From NCBI GenBank assembly GCA_963741945.1, contig CAVUKA010000004.1, positions 32,001 through 96,000 on the forward strand: a DNA stretch of 64,000 nucleotides. Direction: 5' to 3'. The notes under the pieces were generated by a model. It did not search any database and was not told the DNA's origin. It saw only the letters and a program-made list of their open reading frames with translations. This stretch comes from an uncultured Gemmatimonadales bacterium (GTDB lineage: Bacteria; Gemmatimonadota; Gemmatimonadetes; Longimicrobiales; RSA9). Below are positions 1-10,025 of this stretch, piece after piece. Both the position numbers and the translations under genes were made by a program. Position 1 is the first letter of the stretch. Every line of letters starts with the position of its first letter.

Positions 1-1022
1 TTGGCGACCCGCGAATCCGCGCGGCCGTGATGGAAGCGGTGGAGCGGTATGGCACGTCGACCGGTGGCGTTCGCCTTCTCACGGGAACGCTGGCCCTTCA
101 CCACGAGCTCGAGCGCGAGCTGGCGGCCTTCCTGGGCGTGGACGCTGCGGCGGCGTTCAGCTCCGGGTACGACGCCAACGTTGCGGCGATCACGTCGCTC
201 TTCGGCCCCCGTGACTGGGCGATCCTGGACCAGTACGCCCATCAGAGCCTCCAGGACGGCTGCCGCATGGCGGGGTGCGAGGTGCGCCGGTTCCGGCACA
301 ACGACATGAACGACCTGGAGCGCAGGCTCCGTCAGGCCAGGAACCGGGGCGTCGAGCGCGTCCTCATCGCCGTGGACGGCGTCTTCAGCATGGATGGGGA
401 TCAGGCCAGACTCGAGGAGATCCTGGAGTTGAAGGATCGCCACGGGGCGTTCCTGCTGGTGGACGAGGCCCACGCGCTGGGTGCCGTGGGCGCCACCGGA
501 CGCGGCACGTGCGAGGCGCGCGGAGTGGATCCACGGCGTGTCGACATCCTCACGGGCTCCCTCTCCAAGGGCATTCCCTCGTCCGGCGGCTTCGTGGCCG
601 GGAGCAACGCCCTGAAGATCTACGTGCAGCACGGCTCGGCGCCCTACATGTTCAGCGCCGCGCTCACGCCGCCAAACGCGGCCGCCGCGCTGGAGGGCAT
701 CCGGATCCTCCGCGACCAGCCCGGCCGCATGGAGCGCCTCCGCGCCAGCACGGAGCGCCTCCGCGACGGCGTTGCCGCGCGCGGGCTCGACACCGGCGCA
801 ACGGAATCTCCCGTGGTCCCGCTGATCCTGGGCGATGAATGGCGTGCGTACTCCTGGGCGCGGGCCATGCTCGACGACGGGCTGCTCGTCTCCGCCGTGG
901 TCTTTCCCGCCGTGGCCCGCGGCGCGGCCCGCCTCCGCCTCTGCGCCACAGCCGGTCACGAGCCCGCGCACTTTGACCGGCTGTTCGAGGCCATCGACCG
1001 GCGGCTCGCGGCGGAAGGCTGA
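1..1022 (+). CDS. PLP-dependent alpha-oxoamine synthase (8-amino-7-oxononanoate synthase / serine palmitoyltransferase family), 5' end outside window
   Basis: Motifs FRHNDM, DGVFSMDGD, VDEAHALG, GSLSKG (PLP lysine) and RLRLC. Frame is open upstream of 27 to the window edge (GDPRIRAAVMEA). Confidence 0.88.
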   Translation, partial: GDPRIRAAVMEAVERYGTSTGGVRLLTGTLALHHELERELAAFLGVDAAAAFSSGYDANVAAITSLFGPRDWAILDQYAHQSLQDGCRMAGCEVRRFRHNDMNDLERRLRQARNRGVERVLIAVDGVFSMDGDQARLEEILELKDRHGAFLLVDEAHALGAVGATGRGTCEARGVDPRRVDILTGSLSKGIPSSGGFVAGSNALKIYVQHGSAPYMFSAALTPPNAAAALEGIRILRDQPGRMERLRASTERLRDGVAARGLDTGATESPVVPLILGDEWRAYSWARAMLDDGLLVSAVVFPAVARGAARLRLCATAGHEPAHFDRLFEAIDRRLAAEG

Positions 1023-1062
1023 TGGCTGCGGCGCCGGCTCTCCTGCCGTCACGGCCGAACGA

Positions 1063-1095
1063 AAGCCCCCGGCGGTGTCTGACCGCCGGGGGCTT
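1063..1095. terminator. Intrinsic terminator hairpin between convergent genes
   Basis: Perfect 14-bp inverted repeat AAGCCCCCGGCGGT / ACCGCCGGGGGCTT with a 5-nt loop; short T runs on both strands. Confidence 0.75.
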
Positions 1096-1142
1096 CCGCA
1101 TCTTCGCCGGCGGGCAGGGCCCGGCCGGCGCGGATCAGCGCG

Positions 1143-2579
1143 TCACGGCGCGGTCGTCACACACCCCGTCGCGTCGTATTCCGGGTTGTTCCGCTCCTGG
1201 TACGGCACCGGGAACGCCACGTCGTTGCCGATGGCGGCATTGAAGATGGTCGTCCCGATGGGGAACAGCTCGTTCTCGGTGAACATTCCCTGGTATGGCT
1301 GGATCGTGAGCAGGCGGCGCAGATCGCCCAACCGATGACCCGTCAGCCACAGCCAGAACGCACGCTCCTTGTACAGCAGGAGCACGCGGTCGTGCGCGTT
1401 GCCGGGATCCGTGAGCGCCGGCAGCCCCGCCCCCGACCGCAGCGTGTTCAGGATCTGCAGCCAGTTCCCGCTCGCACTGCTCCCCGCCGTGGCGCCCGCA
1501 TCCAGGTTCGCCTCGGCGATGATCAGCTGCGCTTCCGTGTACGTGGCCAGCGGCACGCCTGCGCCGCGGGACGGATACTTGAACTGGGCGTACTCCGGAA
1601 TCGCGGTCCCGCTGCCCACACCGGCGGAGTCCACCGGAACACGCGGATCGATGATGTTCGCCGGATCGGGCTGCGGGTTGTCCGCCGTGGGGGTTCCCAC
1701 TGCGCGGTTGAAGAAGCGGAGCCCGTTCACCCCATCTCCGCTGGCTGCGGATGAGCGCCGCTCGGAATTGATGTTGTACCAGATACCGTTGTTCTGGCTC
1801 GAGGAGTTCGGGCTGAACTCCACGTCATACGCGAAGTCCGCCGGGATCTGCTGAGCCAGTGACGCGGCGGCGGCCAGGTCGCCCTGGTCCTGCCGCACGC
1901 GCGCCAGGCCGAGCGTGGCGAGGTAGCCGAAGTCACTGGCGCCCGCCGCGTTCGCCATGTCGATGGCAGTCTGGAACCGCACGGCTGCCGTATCCAGCAT
2001 GGCGGCCTTGTCGATGGCCGGCTCGAACGTGATGCCCTGACCGAGCGGTGCATGGCTGAACGGCACGTTGCTGCACCAGTTCTCGGCGAAGAACACGAAC
2101 GTGTACCCCGAGTACGCCTTCATCTGCGCCCGGTATGGCGAGTTGGCGTTCTCGGCCGTCAGCAGCTCCTCCGCCTGGTCGGCCAGGTTCCTGGCCCGAT
2201 GCAAGCGGTAGTAGACGGTGTAGATGGAACCATTGGTGTCCTGCATGCTTCGACTGTCGATCTCCTTCATCGTGTCGAAGGTGCTGGCATACCACAGCTC
2301 GTCCGCCAGCAAACCGCCGATCCCCACTACGCCCGGCGTCTCGTTGTTCGCCGCCGGGCCCGCGATCGCCCGCGCGAACTCGAACAGCGCGCCGTTCTTC
2401 ACGGCCGGCGCGTTCGCCGTGTCCTCCACGGTAGGCAGCGTGATCAGATCTGGATCCTGCAGGTCGACCAGGTCGTTCGTGTTGCACCCGGCCAGTCCCA
2501 GGGTGGTGGCGAGCAGCGCAGCCCCGGCGAGCCGGATCCGGCTCCCGAGTCGCGTGCCGCCTGTAGTCGTCGTTCTCAT
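1143..2579 (-). CDS. RagB/SusD-family outer-membrane nutrient-binding lipoprotein
   Basis: Lipobox LAGC; SusD-like motifs EAQLIIAEA, ERAFWLWLTGHRLGDLRR and FPVPYQERNNP; directly downstream of susC. Confidence 0.9.
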   Translation of the reverse strand: MRTTTTGGTRLGSRIRLAGAALLATTLGLAGCNTNDLVDLQDPDLITLPTVEDTANAPAVKNGALFEFARAIAGPAANNETPGVVGIGGLLADELWYASTFDTMKEIDSRSMQDTNGSIYTVYYRLHRARNLADQAEELLTAENANSPYRAQMKAYSGYTFVFFAENWCSNVPFSHAPLGQGITFEPAIDKAAMLDTAAVRFQTAIDMANAAGASDFGYLATLGLARVRQDQGDLAAAASLAQQIPADFAYDVEFSPNSSSQNNGIWYNINSERRSSAASGDGVNGLRFFNRAVGTPTADNPQPDPANIIDPRVPVDSAGVGSGTAIPEYAQFKYPSRGAGVPLATYTEAQLIIAEANLDAGATAGSSASGNWLQILNTLRSGAGLPALTDPGNAHDRVLLLYKERAFWLWLTGHRLGDLRRLLTIQPYQGMFTENELFPIGTTIFNAAIGNDVAFPVPYQERNNPEYDATGCVTTAP

Positions 2580-2588
2580 CTATACCTC

Positions 2589-5564
2589 CTAGAAGTTCGC
2601 GTCGACGCGGAGCGTGAACACACGGTTCGGCGGCAGCGGCGAGATGTCGCGGGACGAGAAATTCGCCTGCCCGTAGCTGTTCACCTCGGGGTCGAGCCCG
2701 GGGTAGCTGGTCCACGTCGCCAGGTTCCGGCCGGCCAGGGTCAGCCGCAGATCGCTCGCCTTGAACGTCCGCGTCCAGCCGCTCGGCACCATGAACGTCA
2801 GCGACACCTCACGGAGCTTCACGAAGTCCGCATCCTCGATGTAGCCCGCCCACGTCCCGTATGCGGCGTAGCCAACCACCTTCGCCTGGTCCGCCAGCGA
2901 GCCCGTATAGGCCGCCTGGCAGTTCGCGTAGCTGCGGCACCGGACGTCTTCCGTCTGGTTGAAGAGCTTGTAGCCGCCCTTGTAGTCGAGCATCCCCGAG
3001 ACCCGGAACAGCTTCCAGAACGTCATGTCGGTGCTCAGCGACGCTTCGCGCGTCGGGAAGGAGCTGCCCAGATACACCGCGGTGTCTCCAACCACCATTT
3101 CGTCCGGGGCCAGGATCCCGTCCCCGTTCTCATCACTGTAGGACAGGATCGGGCGCTGCCAGTAGGAGCCCAGCGGGTATCCCTCCTGGTGCCGCTGGCG
3201 ACTGGCCGCGAACTCGATGGGCGGCAGCGGATTCCCCTCCGCGTCCGTACCCAGGTTCAGCAGCTGGTTCGACAGCCAGCTGGCCGTCGCGTTGAAGCCC
3301 CACATGAAGTTGTCCGTCCGCACCGCATCCCCGTTCAGCGTCAGCTCCAGCCCGGTGTTGCGCACGGAGCCGAGATTCTCCCACCGGCTCGTGCTGCCGC
3401 CGGGCGAGGGCGGAAGTGGGCGGTTCACCAGCGCGTCGGTCGACTTCTTGTAATACCAGTTGGCTTCCAGACCGAGGCGACCACCGAACCAGCCGCTCTC
3501 GAAGCCCAGCTCCCACTCCGACGTCCGCTCCGGCTTCAGGTCGGGGTTCCCGATCTCGTTGATCGTGATCCCGGGCACATCCGCCTGATTGAACGCCGTG
3601 ACCTGGGGCACGAAGGAGAGCAGCGCGTCCGTGGCGCCCGGGCGCAGGCCCGCCTGACCGTACGCCGCGCGCAGCCGCAGGTCGCTCAGCGCGTCGATCT
3701 GCGGGAAGAACTTCTCTTCGCTGACCACCCACGAGCCGCTGAAGGACGGGTACCAGATCCAGCCGATGTCGGTCCCGAACGCCGTGTTCTTGTCGCCGCG
3801 CAGTGCAGCGTTCAGGAACAGGCGGTCGCGCCACGCCAGCTGCTCCTGCGCATAGGCCGACAGCGTCGCATTGCGCAGGTTGCCTTCACCGGCCTCGAAG
3901 TCGCTCGTGGCGCCCGCCAGCGAGGTCTCCACACCCGGCGTCAGCCCCGCGCCGAAGGCGTACACGTCGTGCGAGTTCTCGCGGATGTACTGCGTCCCCG
4001 CCGTGGTGGTGGACATCAGGCTCGGCGTCAGGTTGTAGACCGCCGACCCGCTCAGGTTGGTGTTGATGTTGTAGATGGCCCAGGTGTCCGTCTGGATCCA
4101 GCCGTGCGAGTACACGCCGCCGTACACCTGATAGGCGCTGGTCCGCGGAATCCGGCCGCGGTCCTCGCGCGAGATCCGGTCCAGACCGGCCGACCCGTTG
4201 AAGCTCAGCCAGTTCAGGGGCGTCCAGTCGATGCTCGAGCTGCCGATGAACCGGCTCTGGTCCTGGTACGTCTTCCAGTCGTAGAAGAAGTCGATGGGAT
4301 ACAGGTACCCGCCCGTGCCCGGGCCGTAGAGCCCCAGTCCCGTGGCGCCGAACAGCGAGTTGTCGCTCAGCGGGAACTGCGCATTGTAGTCCACGTACCC
4401 TACCGACCCACGGATGCGGAAATCGTCGCCGACGTTCCCCGACAGGTTGGCCTGCAGGTTCCACTTGTGCATGTAGTTCTCGGAGTTGTACACGGACTCT
4501 TCTTTCGAGCGCTCGGCCGAAACGAAGAATGTCGTGTTCTCGGCACCACCCGAGATGCTGGCGCCGTAGACCTGCCGGCTGCCGCCGTCGAACACCGTCG
4601 TGGAGTCGTTCTCCAGCGGATTGAAGGTCTTGTACTCCACCACGCCCGTGCACAGCGGCTGCCCGCCCGCCGTGTACGTCACCTGGCTGAGGAGCGGGCA
4701 GAGGTCCCCGTTCGCGTCCAGACCGGCCACGTTCGTGGGGAACTTCGCACCCACGCGCAGCGCCGCCTGTTCGGTCCACACGTGCACCGACGGCGCTCCG
4801 GCACTTCCCTGCTTCGTCGTGACCTGGATCACGCCATTCGCCGCCGCCGTACCGTACAGGGCGGAGGCCGCCGGACCTTTCAGGATCTCGATGCTCTGGA
4901 TGTTGTTCGGGTTCAGGTCGTTCAGCGCCGACGGCGCCTGATCCAGGCCGCCGATCGGGTTCTCACTCGGGTTGTTGTCCACCCGCACGCCATCCACCAC
5001 GAGCAGCGGCGCATTGCTCAGCGACATGGAATTCGACCCCCGGATCCGGATGCGCGACCCCGAGCCCGTCACGCCGCTGCTCTGCAGCACCGTCGCCCCG
5101 GCCGTGCGGCCCTGGATCAGCTGGTCGAAGGACGTCACCGGTGCGAGATCCACCTTGCTGACGTCCACCACGCCCACCGAGCTGCCGATCTCCCGCAGCG
5201 TCTGCTTCCGCCCTGTCGCGGACACCACCACGGCGCCCAGCTCGATGGCCGACTGGCTCATCTGGAAATTCTGCGTCGTGGTACCACCGGCGGTCACCGT
5301 GACCGTCTGGGTCTGCGTGCTGTAGCCGATCAGCGTCGCCCGGATCTCCTGCTGCCCTGGCGGCACTTGCCGGATGATGTACTCACCATTCTGGTTGGCC
5401 AGCGCGCCCAGCGTCGTTCCCGCCACCGAGATCTGGGCCCCCGGCAATGGCGCGTTCGACGTCTGGTCCACGACGCGGCCCAAAATGGTTCCCGTCTGTG
5501 CCGCGATCGGCGATGCGCCGACCAGCGCCAGCAGGGCCATGACCGCCCACTTGTATCTGGACAT
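2589..5564 (-). CDS. SusC/RagA-family TonB-dependent outer-membrane transporter
   Basis: Signal peptide, carboxypeptidase-like N-domain, plug motif IEILKGPAASALYGTAAANGVIQVTTK, NPDLKPER, C-terminal Phe. ATG at 5564 follows a GAGGAG RBS. Confidence 0.93.
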   Translation of the reverse strand: MSRYKWAVMALLALVGASPIAAQTGTILGRVVDQTSNAPLPGAQISVAGTTLGALANQNGEYIIRQVPPGQQEIRATLIGYSTQTQTVTVTAGGTTTQNFQMSQSAIELGAVVVSATGRKQTLREIGSSVGVVDVSKVDLAPVTSFDQLIQGRTAGATVLQSSGVTGSGSRIRIRGSNSMSLSNAPLLVVDGVRVDNNPSENPIGGLDQAPSALNDLNPNNIQSIEILKGPAASALYGTAAANGVIQVTTKQGSAGAPSVHVWTEQAALRVGAKFPTNVAGLDANGDLCPLLSQVTYTAGGQPLCTGVVEYKTFNPLENDSTTVFDGGSRQVYGASISGGAENTTFFVSAERSKEESVYNSENYMHKWNLQANLSGNVGDDFRIRGSVGYVDYNAQFPLSDNSLFGATGLGLYGPGTGGYLYPIDFFYDWKTYQDQSRFIGSSSIDWTPLNWLSFNGSAGLDRISREDRGRIPRTSAYQVYGGVYSHGWIQTDTWAIYNINTNLSGSAVYNLTPSLMSTTTAGTQYIRENSHDVYAFGAGLTPGVETSLAGATSDFEAGEGNLRNATLSAYAQEQLAWRDRLFLNAALRGDKNTAFGTDIGWIWYPSFSGSWVVSEEKFFPQIDALSDLRLRAAYGQAGLRPGATDALLSFVPQVTAFNQADVPGITINEIGNPDLKPERTSEWELGFESGWFGGRLGLEANWYYKKSTDALVNRPLPPSPGGSTSRWENLGSVRNTGLELTLNGDAVRTDNFMWGFNATASWLSNQLLNLGTDAEGNPLPPIEFAASRQRHQEGYPLGSYWQRPILSYSDENGDGILAPDEMVVGDTAVYLGSSFPTREASLSTDMTFWKLFRVSGMLDYKGGYKLFNQTEDVRCRSYANCQAAYTGSLADQAKVVGYAAYGTWAGYIEDADFVKLREVSLTFMVPSGWTRTFKASDLRLTLAGRNLATWTSYPGLDPEVNSYGQANFSSRDISPLPPNRVFTLRVDANF

Positions 5565-6021
5565 GTTCACTCCTCGACCTCGTCTCCACTCTGGCCGGCC
5601 GCGCTCGTGCGACCGGCTGTCTTCGCCTTGTCCCCGGTCGGAACCGGGACTCGTTCGCTCCCTCGTTTCACCTCCCGCGCACAGGCGTACAACAGCATCG
5701 ACCCGCTCGGGTCTCTGCTCGTTCCCGCGATGGAATTGTCAGAGGGGGTAGTAGCGCTGGTTTGTCGGCGTGCCTCCTTTCTCGGGTACTCCCGTCTCGA
5801 CGTTGCCGATGGCACGGGCTCCCGCGCCCGCGCTTCATGAAGACATGGCTGCGTGGCAGTGGCTCGGAAGCCAGCGGCCACACGGTCGGCCGGTCGGATC
5901 TCGGGACTTCGGGTACTTCGGGCGGGCGTCATCGCCCCCGCTCACGCCGCGGCCTGGCCCCCCGCCTTCGGCCGGTCGGCCGGTCGTCACGGAGGTGAAC
6001 GGGTAATGGCTTCCCCGGCCA

Positions 6022-6037
6022 TGCAAAGAAGGCGCCG
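6022..6037 (-). promoter_or_regulatory. Putative sigma54 (-24/-12) promoter upstream of susC
   Basis: Minus strand CGGCGCCTTCTTTGCA has GG-N10-GC with TTGCA; lies in the 720-bp intergenic region. Confidence 0.5.
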
Positions 6038-6201
6038 GACGGGCGCCAATGGACGGTGGACTGGGGCGCCGTGTGTCGGCCTGCAGCGGGCGGAGCCGCA
6101 CGCCGAAATCGGTCCGCGGTCAGCGGCGAAAGTTCGCGGAGCGCCTGAAATGCGGCCGCGGTGCGCAGCCGGCGAGGGTCACCTCCTCAGGAACTGCGCC
6201 T

Positions 6202-6219
6202 GTGTCACGTTCCGGACAC
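6202..6219. promoter_or_regulatory. Palindromic operator / candidate sigma54 enhancer (UAS)
   Basis: GTGTC-N8-GACAC, containing TGT-N10-ACA, about 165 bp upstream of the -24 element. Confidence 0.4.
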
Positions 6220-6286
6220 CGCCGCCTGGTGGTCCGGCACGCATTGAGCCGCATGAAGGGATGGAACGGGCCGGGGCCGGCCGCGA

Positions 6287-7798
6287 TCAACCTTCCTGAT
6301 CGATGACGACCGCCGCCATTTCCAGAGCCGCCGCCTTCGCGAGCGTTTCGGCGTATTCGCGCGACGGGTCGGAATCCGCCACCACGCCGGCGCCCGCCTG
6401 GACGTGCCCGCGGCCGCCCGTTCCGACGATCGTCCGGATGGCGATGGCGGTGTCGAGCGCGCCTCCACCATAGGCGATCCAGCCGACCGCGCCGGCATAC
6501 GGCCCCCGACGGGTGCGCTCCAGCTCGTCGATGATCTGCATGGCGCGCACTTTGGGCGCACCCGAGACCGTCCCGGCGGGGAACGTGGCGCGGAGGGCGT
6601 CGAAGCCGTCGAGCCCGTCGCGCAGCTGCCCATCGACCTGACTGACCATGTGGAGCACGTGGCTGTACCGTTCTACGGCCATGAGCTCCGACACCTGGAT
6701 GGACCCATAGCGGCAAACCCGGCCGAGATCGTTCCGCCCCAGATCGACGAGCATGAGGTGCTCGGCTCGCTCTTTCGGGTCGGCGAGGAGGTCGGCCTCG
6801 AGCGCGGCACCGTCCGCCTGGCCCCGTCCGCGGCGGCGGGTGCCGGCGATCGGCCGGACGGTGGCGCGGCCATCCCGGACGCGGACGAGGACCTCCGGAG
6901 ACGCACCGGCCAGGAAGAGGCCATCCAGCTCGAGGAAGTACATGTAGGGCGAGGGATTGAGGCGCCGCAGCCGGCGGTAGATCTCGAAGGGCGGAGCGGG
7001 GAGGTCGAAGTCGAGGCGCTGACTGAGCACCACCTGGAATGCGTCGCCGGCGGCGATGTACTCCTTGATGCGTGCGACGGAGGCTTCGAACTCCTCCCGT
7101 GGGAACGTGCTGCGGAACGCCGGCGCGCGTGCCCCGCCGCTTTCGAGGGCGCCCCATGACAGCGGCTCGGGCGCGTGGCCGCGCCGGAGGTCTGCCAGGG
7201 CGGCGTCGATGCGCTCAATGGCTGCGGAGTAGCTGCGCTGGAGGTCGGCGCGGGAGGCGTCGTCGCCAGTCTCCGCAGTGGTGATGACGTGGGCGCAGCT
7301 GTACGCGTTGTCGATCGCGAGCACCACATCGGTGAACACCAGGAGCGCATCCGGCAGCTCGAGGTCGTCCGGCGGGCTCTCGCCGAGCCGCTCGATGTGA
7401 CGGACCACGTCATAGCCCAGGAAGCCCACGGCTCCTCCCACGAAGGGGGGCAGCCCCTCCGGGGCGACGAGGACCTGGCCGCGTAGGCGCGCCACCAGGT
7501 CGTCGAGGGGAGCAGGGGTGTCGCCTCCGGGCGCGGCCCAGCCGCCGTCGGGCGTCCAGCGCTCGACCCGGTCGCGCTCCAGCTTCCACGCCTCACGCGG
7601 CCGGGTGCCCAGGAACGTCCAGCGGCCCCACTGCTCGCCACCCGTGACGGACTCCAGCAGGAAGGAGAAGGGCGGGCGGGCCAGGCGCGCGTACGCGGTG
7701 ACGGCGGTGTCCGTGTCGAACGGGACTTCGCGGGCCACGGCCACGAGGGAGCCGCGTCGCGCCAGAGCGCAGAAGGTGTCGAAGTCGGGTCGGATCAT
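6287..7798 (-). CDS. trpE: Anthranilate synthase component I
   Basis: FLLESV, GDAFQVVLSQR, NPSPYMY, ASPE, PIAGTRRRG, KERAEHLMLVDLGRND, FPAGTVSGAPKVRAM, QAGAGVVADS. Start taken as MIRPDF. Confidence 0.9.
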   Translation of the reverse strand: MIRPDFDTFCALARRGSLVAVAREVPFDTDTAVTAYARLARPPFSFLLESVTGGEQWGRWTFLGTRPREAWKLERDRVERWTPDGGWAAPGGDTPAPLDDLVARLRGQVLVAPEGLPPFVGGAVGFLGYDVVRHIERLGESPPDDLELPDALLVFTDVVLAIDNAYSCAHVITTAETGDDASRADLQRSYSAAIERIDAALADLRRGHAPEPLSWGALESGGARAPAFRSTFPREEFEASVARIKEYIAAGDAFQVVLSQRLDFDLPAPPFEIYRRLRRLNPSPYMYFLELDGLFLAGASPEVLVRVRDGRATVRPIAGTRRRGRGQADGAALEADLLADPKERAEHLMLVDLGRNDLGRVCRYGSIQVSELMAVERYSHVLHMVSQVDGQLRDGLDGFDALRATFPAGTVSGAPKVRAMQIIDELERTRRGPYAGAVGWIAYGGGALDTAIAIRTIVGTGGRGHVQAGAGVVADSDPSREYAETLAKAAALEMAAVVIDQEG

Positions 7799-7997
7799 GG
7801 GTCGGGCGAATGTCGGGGAACGTGGACGGAGTGTCAATCTGCGGGTACGGCCCGCCGCCAGCGTCCATGGTGCGGCCGTGCCCGCTGCCACACATTGCCG
7901 ACGTTTGGGACGAGGCCGCGAGGCGCCGCGGGGTTCGGGGTGGCGAGCGCCGGCGTGGCCCGGGGCAGGCACGAACCAGCCGGAGCGGGAGAAACGG

Positions 7998-9974
7998 ATG
8001 GCGGAAAGCGCGAAGGTCGCCCTCGTGGCCGTGGACACGGGGGGCACGTTCACGGACGTGGTGGCGCTGCTGGGCGACCGCCTGGTGGTGGTGAAAGTGC
8101 CCTCGACCCCGTCCGATCCCGCGCGCGCGGTCCTGGAGGGAGTCGCGGAGGTGGGCCCGGGCGCGCGCTGGGTGCTGGTTCACGGCTCCACGGTGGCGAC
8201 GAACACGTTGCTCGAGCGGACGGGCGCGCGGGTGGCGCTGGTCACGAACCGTGGGTTCGAGGACGTGATCGAGATCGGTCGCCAGAATCGTCCCCAGCTC
8301 TACGCCCTGGTGGGCCACAGGCCGCCTCCGCTGGTGGACCGGCGCGACCGTCACGGGTTGGCGGGCCGGCTGGGCCCCGCGGGCGACGAGGAGGAGCCAC
8401 TCGACGAGGGCGAGCTGGCGACACTGCCGGAGCAGCTTTCCGGCGTGGACTCCGTGGCGGTTTGCCTGCTCCACAGCTACGCGGAACCCGCGCACGAGGA
8501 GCGGGTCGCCGCGGCACTGGCGGGCGCCGGGATTCCCGTTTCCGTGTCCTCCCGCCTGCTCCCCGAGTACCGGGAATACGAGCGCGCTGCCACGACAGTG
8601 GTGAACGCGTACGTCGCGCCGCGAATGGAGCGCTACCTGGGTCGCCTGGAAGCGGAGTCCGGCGCCGAGCGGGTGCGGGTGATGGGCTCGAGCGGCGGCG
8701 CCATCCCGGTCGCGCGGGCGCGGCGCGAGCCGGTGCACACGGTGCTCAGCGGGCCCGCGGGCGGGGTCGTGGGCGCGCTCCGGGTGGCCCGGGACGCCGG
8801 CGTTTCCGCCATTCTGACGTTCGACATGGGAGGCACATCCACGGACGTGTCCCTCTGCCCGGGCGCTCCCCTGCACACGCGGGAGTTCACCATTGCCGGT
8901 GTCCCCGTGGCGGTCCCGGTGATCGACATCCACACGGTGGGTGCCGGCGGAGGCTCGATCGCGGGCGTGGATGCGGGCGGTGCGCTCCGGGTGGGGCCGC
9001 GCAGCGCGGGCGCCGATCCCGGCCCGATCTGCTACGGCCGCGGCGGTCGCAAGGTCACGGTGACGGACGCGAACGTCTGGCTCGGCCGTCTCCCCGCCGA
9101 TGCGTTTCTCGGCGGCAAGGCCGCGCTGGACCGCGCGGCAGTGGGCAAGCCACTGGAGGGGCTGTCTGCGCAGCTCGGGGTGTCGCCCATGGACGCGGCG
9201 GAGGGGGTGGTGGCGGTGGTGAACACGGCCATGGAGGGAGCCCTCCGGGTGATCAGCGTGGAGCGGGGCTACGACCCCGCTGACTTCGCCCTGGTTCCGT
9301 TCGGCGGCGCGGCCGGCCTCCACGCGGTGGAGCTGGCGGAACGGCTGGGCATTCCGCACCTGCTCGTGCCACCGGACCCCGGAGTCCTCTCGGCGCTCGG
9401 GATGCTGGTCTCGCCCGTGCGGAAGGACGCATCTCGCACGGTTCTCCTCCGTGATGGAGAGGCCTCTGCGGCATTGGTGGCGGAAGCGTTCGATGCGCTG
9501 CAGGCCGCCGCGCTCGCGGCGATGGAAGCGGAAGGCATCAATGCTGCAGAGGTCACGGTCCAGCGTCTGGCCGACGTCCGCTACGTGGGGCAGAGCTTCG
9601 AGCTCAGGGTGCCGGCCGACGGCTGGTCGGAGAACTTCGAGCGGGCCCACGAAGCGCGCTACGGCTTCAGGCGGGCGGGAGCGGGGGTGGAGCTGGTGAC
9701 GGTGCGGGTGGAAGCGACAGGACCCTCCCGTCCCACGCCCGCCCGCCCCCCGGCACCCCCGCCCGGCGCGGCCAGGGGCCGGCGGGTGCCGGTCCGGTTC
9801 CGCGGCGAAGAGGTGGACGCCGAAGCAGTGCCCCGTTCGGCGCTGGAGCCGGGTGCGACCGTGGAGGGTCCGGCGATCATCCACGAGTACAGCGCCACGT
9901 TCTGGCTCCCGCCTGCCTGGGGCGCCGAGGCTCTGCCAGCGGGAAGCCTTTCGGTGCGCAGGGACGCGGGATGA
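7998..9974 (+). CDS. Hydantoinase/oxoprolinase family protein, A (ATP-binding) subunit
   Basis: DTGGTFTD, HGSTVATN, SGPAGG, DMGGTSTD, TVGAGGGSI, SAGADPGPICYGRG, TVTDAN. Confidence 0.92.
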   Translation: MAESAKVALVAVDTGGTFTDVVALLGDRLVVVKVPSTPSDPARAVLEGVAEVGPGARWVLVHGSTVATNTLLERTGARVALVTNRGFEDVIEIGRQNRPQLYALVGHRPPPLVDRRDRHGLAGRLGPAGDEEEPLDEGELATLPEQLSGVDSVAVCLLHSYAEPAHEERVAAALAGAGIPVSVSSRLLPEYREYERAATTVVNAYVAPRMERYLGRLEAESGAERVRVMGSSGGAIPVARARREPVHTVLSGPAGGVVGALRVARDAGVSAILTFDMGGTSTDVSLCPGAPLHTREFTIAGVPVAVPVIDIHTVGAGGGSIAGVDAGGALRVGPRSAGADPGPICYGRGGRKVTVTDANVWLGRLPADAFLGGKAALDRAAVGKPLEGLSAQLGVSPMDAAEGVVAVVNTAMEGALRVISVERGYDPADFALVPFGGAAGLHAVELAERLGIPHLLVPPDPGVLSALGMLVSPVRKDASRTVLLRDGEASAALVAEAFDALQAAALAAMEAEGINAAEVTVQRLADVRYVGQSFELRVPADGWSENFERAHEARYGFRRAGAGVELVTVRVEATGPSRPTPARPPAPPPGAARGRRVPVRFRGEEVDAEAVPRSALEPGATVEGPAIIHEYSATFWLPPAWGAEALPAGSLSVRRDAG

Positions 9975-10025
9975 CGTTCGAGGGCCAGGGACATCCACAA
10001 TCAGTGAACTGGACGGAGGTGGAGG

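Noticed and set aside
2052-5840. 1262-aa plus-strand ORF and other long antisense ORFs (7593-10616, 10627-13101, 34335-37133, 58740-60818)
   Set aside because: Shadow frames opposite well-supported genes; Arg/Pro/Ala-rich with no motifs, as expected in high-GC DNA.
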